Program-made: the position numbers and the translations under genes
Virus record (IMG/VR): IMGVR_UViG_3300017914_001789
Span: 1 to 32,606 of that record
From: a virus
Lineage: Duplodnaviria; Caudoviricetes
DNA: 32,606 nucleotides
Strand: one strand, 5' to 3'
Part shown: positions 9,186 through 16,356 of the stretch, piece after piece
Layout: the number at the start of each line of letters is the position of its first letter
Position numbering within the stretch: the stretch's first letter is position 1
Notes under the pieces: model-generated
What the model saw: the letters and a program-made list of their open reading frames with translations, nothing else
Told to the model about the DNA's origin: nothing
Database searches by the model: none

Positions 9186-10298
9186 TTATTTAGCTTGATA
9201 ACTCGGTGAACTGCCAGGCGGTGTGAACGGTGGCGGTATATAAACTGGAGTTCTTCCTTGATAAGTAAAAGGACTCTGATACGAAGCATTGTTAGGTTGT
9301 CTAGCAGGTGCTTGATATGTAAACGGTTGTCTTGCACTTGCAATAAACGGTTGTCTAGCAGGTGCTTGGTATGTAAATGGTTGCCTTGCACTTGCAATAA
9401 ACGGTTGTCTTGCTGGAGCCTGATATGTAAACGGTGTCTGAGCATTTGCTGGGTATGTCGCAGGTTGTTGTGCATTTGCTGGATATGTTGCAGGCTGTTG
9501 TGCGTTTGCTGGATATGTTGCAGGCTGTTGTCCATTCCTGATATTAGGTTGTTGTGCATTTACTGGATTTCTATAGGTAAACGGTGACCTATGATTATAG
9601 GTAAACGGTGATCTGTACTGATATGTTGACGGTGACCTAAACTGGTATGAAGCAGGCTGTCTTGCATCTCTAATGTTCGGTTCCTGTGCGCTTACTGGGT
9701 TCTGATAAGTAAACGGTGACCTATGTTGATACTCAGATGGTGATCTGTGATCATAAGTCAACGGTGATCTATGTTGATAAGTAGCAGGTTGCCTTGCATC
9801 TCTAATATTAGGTTCTTGAGCAGATACAGGGTTTCTATAGGTAAATGGAGACCTGTGTTGATACTCAGATGGTGATCTGTGATCGTAGGTTAACGGTGAC
9901 CTGTGTTGATACGTTGCAGGCTGTCTTGCATCTCTAATATTAGGTTCCTGAGCATTTGCAATATATGGATATGCATTTTGTTGATCTCTAATATTAGGTT
10001 CTTGAGCATTTGCAATGTAAGGATACGGGTTCTGTCTATCTCTAATATTAGGTTCTTGAGCATTTGCAATGTAAGGATACGGAGTCTGTGCATCTCTAAT
10101 ATTAGGTTGTTGTGCATCTGCAATATAAGGATAAGGTATTTGAGTTAATTCTTGACCTGATGCGTCATTCCACCCATCGGGTGTCTTGATGTAAATTTGA
10201 TCAACAGCTTTCCATGTTTGAGCTGCGGTCTTGACCCATGCACCCTGAGTTTTATTCCACCCATCAGGGGTTTTAACCTTCTGATTTCCTGACGCCAT
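9186..10298 (-). CDS. Pro/Gln/Tyr/Thr-rich repeat protein (zipper chain A) with an N-terminal Trp/Lys beta-repeat domain, putative virion fibre
   Basis: N-terminus KVKTPDGWNK..AWVKT...WKAVDQIYIKTPDGW; residues 55-350 are 36 repeat units; GAGGA upstream. Confidence 0.8.
   Translation of the reverse strand: MASGNQKVKTPDGWNKTQGAWVKTAAQTWKAVDQIYIKTPDGWNDASGQELTQIPYPYIADAQQPNIRDAQTPYPYIANAQEPNIRDRQNPYPYIANAQEPNIRDQQNAYPYIANAQEPNIRDARQPATYQHRSPLTYDHRSPSEYQHRSPFTYRNPVSAQEPNIRDARQPATYQHRSPLTYDHRSPSEYQHRSPFTYQNPVSAQEPNIRDARQPASYQFRSPSTYQYRSPFTYNHRSPFTYRNPVNAQQPNIRNGQQPATYPANAQQPATYPANAQQPATYPANAQTPFTYQAPARQPFIASARQPFTYQAPARQPFIASARQPFTYQAPARQPNNASYQSPFTYQGRTPVYIPPPFTPPGSSPSYQAK
9249..10136 (-). repeat. 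Coding repeat tract, 888 nt (296 aa), including three 132-nt blocks
   Basis: Units parsed and counted manually from the translation. Confidence 0.85.
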
Positions 10299-10318
10299 TT
10301 AATTCCTCACTTACTCAA

Positions 10319-11836
10319 TTAAGAGTACAATATCCATAAATCTCCAACTGCACCATCTGATGATGTCGGAGCAGATGTGGATTGATATACATTTCTTGCA
10401 ACACCACCACTGTTAGATGCATGTGATGTTGTAATTTCATCTGCTCTAAAGTTTGCCTCAGTCAATGTTAATCCACCAGTCGAAGAACCTGTTGCAGTTG
10501 TCGTTGCAACTACGAATCTATCTGCACTTTCGTCCCAACCTATGAATCCATTGTCACCTGTTGAGCCTCTTTCTAAGATAAGACCTAGATCATTTGAGTT
10601 TGCACCTGAGTTACCTGAACCCAATTCGATTAATGCGTCTTCGATTGTTGTGTTTGTTGCACTGTTGGTTACAGTTGCACCATTTACTGTTAAGTTTCCT
10701 GAAAGTGTTAGATTTCCAAAAGTAACATTACTTGATGTTGAAACTGCCTGTCCAATACTTACTTCACCTGAACTGATTGAAACACCAGTTCCAGCACTGA
10801 TATGAGCTCTTACTTCTGAAGCACTAGGCCCTGTGTATGTAATTACACCTGTTGAATTATCATATGAAAGTGAACCATCTCCACCTGAATCTGTAACTGA
10901 GATTGCCTCTCTGGCATCTGAATCACCATATTGAGCAGAACCTGAAATTGTTAGGGCATTACCAGCATCATCATATGATAATGTAATACCTGTTCCAGCA
11001 GTCAATAAAGAATTAACTCTGTCATCGACTCTTTCGTTTGTAAAATATAAGTTTGATGAACCTTCTGATAAAGCATCTGTATCTGCAAGTACAGTTCCAC
11101 CTAGAGCAGTCGATGCTCCAGCAATTGTAATTGAACTGTTAGTTAATTTTGCATTTGTAATCGAACCAGCCAACATGTCGTTGGTAATACCACCTGATTT
11201 GACTCTCAATGAATCTGTGTTTGTCTCAATAGATGAATCGTCTACATTAATTGATAAAACACCACTTGAATGTGCAAGTCCGTCACCTGCTACTGAACTA
11301 TCTAATGAAAGTGTAACTGTTCCTGATGTGCCTCCACCTGAGAGACCATCTCCAGCAGTAACTCCTGCTATGTCTCCTGACTCGTCTCCAAGATGAACAG
11401 TGTTACCCATACCACTATGGTTTGCACACTTGAAGTACATTGTAGTCGGTGCTTCTTGGTCGAATGCAACATCTACATAAGCACCTGACGAACCTGCTGT
11501 ACCCACGGTATTATAGATCGTGTACCCATCTGACATGTTAGTACCGTCTGACGATTCAGAAAATTGTAGTGGGTGTGATGCGTTACTGCTATCTGATTGA
11601 TCGAATCTGTATACGACAGAAGGCATAAGTCTCAATGCTTGAGATGATGTCTGTCCGTCAAATAAGAATTTACCACCCGATACAGTTACCACAATTTTGT
11701 GGTGCATCGGTGCAGTCGTATTGTTTAATTGTTGAAAATCACCTAAAGCAGCTGCCGTTAGGTCACCTGAACTGTCAATAACTTCGGTTGTTCCTACCGT
11801 AAGACCGTTTTTGATTTTAAAATTCTGAGCTGACAC
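10319..11836 (-). CDS. Tail-fibre-like virion protein with a cupredoxin-like N-terminal domain
   Basis: Gly/Ser/Thr-rich fibre repeats (VTAGDGLSGGG, EGSSNLYFT); SHPLQFS...YFKCANHSGMG; ends STSAPTSSDGAVGDLWILYS. Confidence 0.75.
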   Translation of the reverse strand: MSAQNFKIKNGLTVGTTEVIDSSGDLTAAALGDFQQLNNTTAPMHHKIVVTVSGGKFLFDGQTSSQALRLMPSVVYRFDQSDSSNASHPLQFSESSDGTNMSDGYTIYNTVGTAGSSGAYVDVAFDQEAPTTMYFKCANHSGMGNTVHLGDESGDIAGVTAGDGLSGGGTSGTVTLSLDSSVAGDGLAHSSGVLSINVDDSSIETNTDSLRVKSGGITNDMLAGSITNAKLTNSSITIAGASTALGGTVLADTDALSEGSSNLYFTNERVDDRVNSLLTAGTGITLSYDDAGNALTISGSAQYGDSDAREAISVTDSGGDGSLSYDNSTGVITYTGPSASEVRAHISAGTGVSISSGEVSIGQAVSTSSNVTFGNLTLSGNLTVNGATVTNSATNTTIEDALIELGSGNSGANSNDLGLILERGSTGDNGFIGWDESADRFVVATTTATGSSTGGLTLTEANFRADEITTSHASNSGGVARNVYQSTSAPTSSDGAVGDLWILYS

Positions 11837-12069
11837 TAGAATGTACCTCCATCAATCTGGGCATTGTTTATTGTTTTCTGTGAGCTAGAATCTGCTAGGT
11901 GGGTGTCTACTCTAGTGGTGGTAAAATAAGTGTTTGAACTGCCTTCTGCTAAATCATCTGTATCAAGTGTACTAACTGCACTTGCAACAACCTTACCACT
12001 CGAATTGATCACCTCGTTTGTAGTCACATTAATTCCATACTCTACTCTGAAATTTTTTGTATCTGCCAT
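11836..12069 (-). CDS. Small fibre-associated protein ending IDGGTF
   Basis: Shares NFxxxxG, EVIxSSG and DTDxLxEGSSNxYFT with the 505-aa protein; its stop overlaps the next ATG. Confidence 0.7.
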   Translation of the reverse strand: MADTKNFRVEYGINVTTNEVINSSGKVVASAVSTLDTDDLAEGSSNTYFTTTRVDTHLADSSSQKTINNAQIDGGTF

Positions 12070-12094
12070 ATTACTCCGAGTCCTAAATGAATGT

Positions 12095-12121
12095 TATTTA
12101 GAATGTATACGTTTATTTATG
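12095..12121 (-). promoter_or_regulatory. Late promoter variants CATAAATA (12114-12121) and CTAAATA (12095-12101)
   Basis: Intergenic, between the terminator and the GGAG ribosome-binding site of the 77-aa gene. Confidence 0.55.
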
Positions 12122-12140
12122 AGTTTGAGTTCTTTATGAG

Positions 12141-12174
12141 AAAGAAAAAAGGGGGAAGATTCCCCCCTTTTTCT
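12141..12174 (-). terminator. Rho-independent terminator (possibly bidirectional)
   Basis: Minus strand AGAAAAAGGGGGGAA-TC-TTCCCCC-TTTTTTCTTT, directly after the stop at 12179. Confidence 0.88.
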
Positions 12175-12178
12175 GATT

Positions 12179-12589
12179 TTAAGCTTCTACAACTGTTCGG
12201 TCAAACTTGATTACTGTCGAGCTTCCCGAAGTTGGTGTACACTTCAATCTAACATTTGTACCACTGATGTCTGCATCAAAGGTAGCAAGTGATTCATCTT
12301 GCAAAACTCCGTATTGAGTTAATTGCACTGAACTTCCATCATGAATCATCATGATTTCAGTAGAGTGAAAGGATGACCCTTTAGACATTGCAACAACATA
12401 TCTTGCTGCTCTGTAATCTGCTTTTGCAAAAGTGTCAAGATTGAATTCTGCAGTAGAGGTTTTAGTTTGTGAACCTCTCTTTTTATTCTTATCTTGAGTT
12501 GCCTTTTCAGTTTTGATTACATCGTCTGTAGCATCATACTCCATATGACGGATAAGTTCTGCAAGTTTAAAGGCTTTACTTCTTGACAT
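12179..12589 (-). CDS. Virion structural protein (single beta-rich domain, paralogous to the C-terminus of the 274-aa protein)
   Basis: YRAARYVV...FHSTEIMMIHDG....TQYG...FDADISGTNVRLKCTP. Confidence 0.7.
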   Translation of the reverse strand: MSRSKAFKLAELIRHMEYDATDDVIKTEKATQDKNKKRGSQTKTSTAEFNLDTFAKADYRAARYVVAMSKGSSFHSTEIMMIHDGSSVQLTQYGVLQDESLATFDADISGTNVRLKCTPTSGSSTVIKFDRTVVEA

Positions 12590-12600
12590 AATTTATCCCC

Positions 12601-13425
12601 CTATGATAACCTTATTTGGAATGTTTTCACTGTTGTATTCGTATTGGCAGGAGTTATGAGTAATCTCATATTACCTGAATCAATATCGGAATTCAATGTG
12701 AACAACGATGAAGCACTAAACACATCCCCGTACTGGACGAAGTATGAGTTAGTACCGTTGTTTTGCAATAATACCTCTGCAGAATGTACTCCCGCAGTGG
12801 CATGAGTTGCACTTATGACATATTTGATTGTCTTGTTTGCAACTGCGTTTGATGATAAAACTTGGTCTGCCGTTGTTGCTGTGAATGTGCTGTTGGTATA
12901 ATTACCTTGGACTAAGTCCGTAGATGTATAAGTTAATACCTGAACAACATCACCACTGATTGCATTTTCAGCCAATGTGATGGTTGATGAGTTGGTTGCA
13001 GTATAGTCTGTACCACCATCGATAAGTTTAACACCATTCAGATAAACTTGTTCCTTTCCTGCTGTGTAGGAAAGAGAGTTGTTATCGTCATCTGCACCTG
13101 TTATAGATGTTGTGTTACTTGTAATGGTATACTTGAATACATTCAATCCCGTTCCACCTACGGTAGAGAAACTTAAGTTTCCTGAACCGTCTGTAGTTAG
13201 GGCCTGACCATTTGAACCATCACTGGTAGGAAATGTGATTGCATCATTGATTGTTAATTGAGTAGGGTTTGTACCAATCTCATGTATTGCTGCTGTCCCA
13301 TCATTCTTCTCTGCATAGAGACGACCATGATAGGTATTAATAGCAATCTCACCTACGGCAAGATCACTTAAAACAGGTACATCAGAAGACCCTGAAGCTC
13401 TTTTTAATTTAATCTCTGTTGGCAT
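12601..13425 (-). CDS. Tail-fibre-like virion protein
   Basis: N-terminal IKLKR...P...LAVGEIAIN, FPTSDGSNGQALTTDGSGNLSF, VYLNGVKL...DYTATN domain; GGAGG upstream. Confidence 0.75.
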   Translation of the reverse strand: MPTEIKLKRASGSSDVPVLSDLAVGEIAINTYHGRLYAEKNDGTAAIHEIGTNPTQLTINDAITFPTSDGSNGQALTTDGSGNLSFSTVGGTGLNVFKYTITSNTTSITGADDDNNSLSYTAGKEQVYLNGVKLIDGGTDYTATNSSTITLAENAISGDVVQVLTYTSTDLVQGNYTNSTFTATTADQVLSSNAVANKTIKYVISATHATAGVHSAEVLLQNNGTNSYFVQYGDVFSASSLFTLNSDIDSGNMRLLITPANTNTTVKTFQIRLS

Positions 13426-13454
13426 CTGTATTTCCTCCTATGGATAATGGTTAA

Positions 13455-15110
13455 TTAAAATGTTCCACCATCTATAGCAGTGACAGTTACAGCTCCACTC
13501 GTTACAGTAAAGTTATCACTTGAGAAAGATGCAATACCTTTATTTGATGTAGTTGCATCCTCACCACTTACGGTTACTGTTCCACCTGAGTATGAAGCAT
13601 CCATACCTTCACCAGCAGCCACGATGACTACACCAAGGTTTGAATCTGTTCCAGTCTCAGCAGCGATTGTGATACTTCCGTCTGCATTAGTAACATCGAT
13701 ACCTTCACCAGCAGTCAAAGTTGCAAGTGCCATATCTCCGTCTGTACCGTTACCAATCAACAATTGACCTGCTGTTGGAGCAGCTCCATCGATATTAGTA
13801 ATTGAACCTGACAGTGAAAGACCTACACCTTCGATTGAACCGAAGACTGCATCCATTGCTGTTCCTGAGAATACTGATGATGAATCTGTTGCAGCTTTTA
13901 ATGCAACAAACTTAGTTGTGTTTTCATCGTATCCAAAGAAACCGATTTTTGCAGAACCGTCATTGTATTTAAATTTAATACCACGGTCTAGGTTATCGTC
14001 TGAAGCATCATCACCGATTTCAAATACTGGGTCAGCAACTGAAACTGTTGTTGAGTCTACAGTTGTTGTAGTACCTGAAACTGTGAGGTTTCCTGTAATC
14101 GTAGCGTTACCTGCGATACTAATGTTTGTCGATGTGATATCATCTGAAGTCAATGTACCGTCAACGTCTACGTTGTTAAATGTTACGTTGTCGGTTGTAC
14201 CAACTGACTGACCGATTGCTAATGTTACACCGTTACCTGAAGCAGTTGAAGTAACACCAGTTCCACCTAATACTGAAAGAACCTCTGAGTCAAGATCGAT
14301 AGCAATACTATTTGTACCGTCTGAGACATCTAAGTCTTGGGCAGTGATCTGTGTATCGACATAATCTTTAATTGCAGCTGATGTTGCAATAGTTGTGTCA
14401 TTATCATTTGAACCAATACCTTCTGATTCTGTTACCAACATTCCTGCTGACAATGAACCAATAACAACTGCACTTGCAGCAAGTTGATCTGCACCAACTG
14501 CGTCATCTGCAATCATTGCTTGTTCTACTGCGTCATTTGCAATAGTTACTGCACCAGTAGAATCCATTGTTACGTCACCTGAAAGTGCTACGTTGTCAAA
14601 TGAATCTGAACCATCATGAACAAGAATGTGTCCACCTGATGGAGATGAAATATTTGTATCAGAAGCACCAGCAACCGTTGAGGTTGAAGTTGCAAAAGAT
14701 AAATTTCCTGAACCGTCTGTTTGGATTACTTGGTTTGCACTACCATCACCGTCTGGCAACGTCCACGTTACGTTAGACGTTACAGCATTTGGAGCTTTCA
14801 ATGCAACATAGTTTGACCCGTTGTCTGAATCTTCTCTAAGTTGAATCGATGCACCAGCTGAATCTCCATTACCTACGATAAAGTTCGCAGGAGTAGGAGT
14901 ATCACCAGCAAGCATATCAGTATAATACTTACCACCGATTGCATGAATCAATGCAGTGGAGTTATCTGAATCTACTGACTCGATGTATAGTTTTGCCCCA
15001 GCACCCGAATTAGACCTATCCTGTACATAAGCTAATTCACCCTCTGCTAGATTACTAACAGTCGGTGCAGTAAGCCCTGTACTTCTTTTAATCTGAATTA
15101 CTGTTGACAT
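13455..15110 (-). CDS. Tail-fibre protein ending IDGGTF
   Basis: N-terminal IQIKRS...P...LAEGELAY, LPDGDGSANQVIQTDGSGNLSF, GNLTVSGTTTTV; acidic and G/S/T-rich. Confidence 0.78.
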   Translation of the reverse strand: MSTVIQIKRSTGLTAPTVSNLAEGELAYVQDRSNSGAGAKLYIESVDSDNSTALIHAIGGKYYTDMLAGDTPTPANFIVGNGDSAGASIQLREDSDNGSNYVALKAPNAVTSNVTWTLPDGDGSANQVIQTDGSGNLSFATSTSTVAGASDTNISSPSGGHILVHDGSDSFDNVALSGDVTMDSTGAVTIANDAVEQAMIADDAVGADQLAASAVVIGSLSAGMLVTESEGIGSNDNDTTIATSAAIKDYVDTQITAQDLDVSDGTNSIAIDLDSEVLSVLGGTGVTSTASGNGVTLAIGQSVGTTDNVTFNNVDVDGTLTSDDITSTNISIAGNATITGNLTVSGTTTTVDSTTVSVADPVFEIGDDASDDNLDRGIKFKYNDGSAKIGFFGYDENTTKFVALKAATDSSSVFSGTAMDAVFGSIEGVGLSLSGSITNIDGAAPTAGQLLIGNGTDGDMALATLTAGEGIDVTNADGSITIAAETGTDSNLGVVIVAAGEGMDASYSGGTVTVSGEDATTSNKGIASFSSDNFTVTSGAVTVTAIDGGTF

Positions 15111-15147
15111 TTTATTCCTCCTAGGAATTTTTGTTTAATTAGTTTAA

Positions 15148-15232
15148 CTTCTCTTCACTATCCGAGAAAGAACATTATAAATCAAATCCACTCACTATGT
15201 GGGTCGTGACTCACTGAATGTCACCTTGATTT
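15148..15232 (-). promoter_or_regulatory. Structured 5' leader with three hairpins carrying AGUGA in their loops
   Basis: GTGAC-ATTCAGTGA-GTCAC, CCAC-ATAGTGA-GTGG and TTCTC-GGATAGTGAA-GAGAA; the first two are enclosed by an AAATCAA/TTGATTT stem. Confidence 0.55.
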
Positions 15233-15240
15233 GTATAAGA

Positions 15241-15248
15241 TATTTATA
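15241..15248 (-). promoter_or_regulatory. T4 late promoter consensus TATAAATA
   Basis: Exact consensus in the intergenic region upstream of the fibre gene. Confidence 0.8.
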
Positions 15249-15250
15249 TA

Positions 15251-15808
15251 TTATGATTGGCCAATCCATGAATTCCACATTCTTAATCCGAATCTTGGTG
15301 TACTCAGTCGACCTATATCATGTGGGATATCTACTCTCAATCTATGCCAAGTATGTGTAGGTATCATTTCTTCATGTAGTTTTTTTGTTTGATCGTAGTA
15401 ATCACCCATGTGATAATCAAATTGACCTTCAATAAACTTGCCTTTAAAATCTTCAGGCATTTCCCACCATCGAGTATAAACTTCAGGGCCTCCTAAATCT
15501 ATATGATAATTTAAAACCCAATCGACACCTTTTGAGTCTGCATCTTGATGAATAGGTAATTGTTCAGTCATAACCTGATAACGTATCTGAAGACGATCTT
15601 CAACATACATTCTCAATTCTCTTTGTATTGATTCTTGCGTATGAACCCAATCGTAAAGTTCTTGAGGTGCAAGATATGTCTTATAGACATAGGCATCCCA
15701 TTTTACTTCACAATTTTCTCTGATTTCAGTAGGAGATTTAAAGAGTAGATTATCAGGAATTCTAGGTAAGTCTAGTTTATAATCTATAAAATTAGAAGGT
15801 TCCACCAT
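15251..15808 (-). CDS. Putative 2OG-Fe(II) oxygenase / cupin-fold protein
   Basis: LPIHQD (HxD), VLNYHIDLGG, WHRLRVDIPH (distal H), PRFGL (R). Confidence 0.6.
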   Translation of the reverse strand: MVEPSNFIDYKLDLPRIPDNLLFKSPTEIRENCEVKWDAYVYKTYLAPQELYDWVHTQESIQRELRMYVEDRLQIRYQVMTEQLPIHQDADSKGVDWVLNYHIDLGGPEVYTRWWEMPEDFKGKFIEGQFDYHMGDYYDQTKKLHEEMIPTHTWHRLRVDIPHDIGRLSTPRFGLRMWNSWIGQS

Positions 15809-16010
15809 CTATATTAGTAGCAGTTTTCCACTTATCTTCTGTTGCATTGTATTGTAAAAACCCGTTATCTGTTTCTGTTATTTCTACATCAGATAATTCG
15901 TTAATGGATTTTTGAGATATGTCTGCTTGTACTGTAGTCGAGTTTCCGATTGCAACCTGTTTTGCACGAATTGAATTACCTTGTAAAACTCTTGCTTTAA
16001 TATTTGCCAT
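15792..16010 (-). CDS. Small fibre-associated protein ending IDGGTF
   Basis: INELSDV....DNGFLQYN...KW fibre motif; the preceding stop lies 2 nt upstream. Confidence 0.7.
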   Translation of the reverse strand: MANIKARVLQGNSIRAKQVAIGNSTTVQADISQKSINELSDVEITETDNGFLQYNATEDKWKTATNIDGGTF

Positions 16011-16012
16011 TA

Positions 16013-16348
16013 TTACCTCGTCACGCCTGGGGTTATGATTGCCTGACCTTCAACGACTCTTGTAGTTACAGATGTTGAAGTCTTAGTTATATTTAGGTCA
16101 TAGACATATCTACCTGCGTCTAGATCATTGGTTTGTGTATCTGTTAAACTTAATGTAACCTGTCCTGATGCAGCTGCAATTGAAGTTGTAAAGGTTGCAG
16201 CTATAGTGGAAGAACTATATGTTTTTCTCATTTGGGCAGCTGCAGTGTATCCAGTCAAGTCCAAAATTTCACCAGCATTGTCCGTACAGTCTACCGTGAT
16301 TTCGAAGTCTGTTCCTTGATCAATGAATAAATTTGCTATGATTGCCAT
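16013..16348 (-). CDS. Small Ig-like virion/baseplate adaptor protein
   Basis: NLFIDQGTDF, DLTGYTAAAQMRK, GRYVYD, RVVEG...TPGVTR family pattern in T4-like marine phages. Confidence 0.75.
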   Translation of the reverse strand: MAIIANLFIDQGTDFEITVDCTDNAGEILDLTGYTAAAQMRKTYSSSTIAATFTTSIAAASGQVTLSLTDTQTNDLDAGRYVYDLNITKTSTSVTTRVVEGQAIITPGVTR

Positions 16349-16356
16349 AATACTAT

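Noticed and set aside
9168-9188. Stop-codon readthrough or recoded genetic code joining A and B
   Set aside because: It would need both TAA and TGA read through; TAA, TGA and TAG all terminate other genes in the window normally.
8951-9559. 202-aa alternative-frame ORF bridging chains A and B (possible frameshift fusion)
   Set aside because: It is a shadow frame of repetitive DNA, loses the repeat vocabulary, and has no evident slippery site or ribosome-binding site.
8268-10136. CRISPR-like array (recurrent taggtaaacggtga and ctaatattaggttc)
   Set aside because: The repeats are in-frame codons of long ORFs with synonymous variation; there are no unique spacers of constant length and no cas genes.
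8268-10136. DNA inverted repeat as the cause of the mirror architecture
   Set aside because: Both genes are on the same strand, and the reverse complement of PNIR-unit DNA translates as LSCISNIR-type peptides, not the partner units. The short CCTAATATTAGG palindrome is just Pro-Asn-Ile-Arg codons.
8205-10298. Repeat proteins as multi-core RiPP precursors
   Set aside because: No constant leader or cleavage motif and no protease or transporter nearby; exact mirror register and the fibre-gene context favour a structural role. Not formally excluded.
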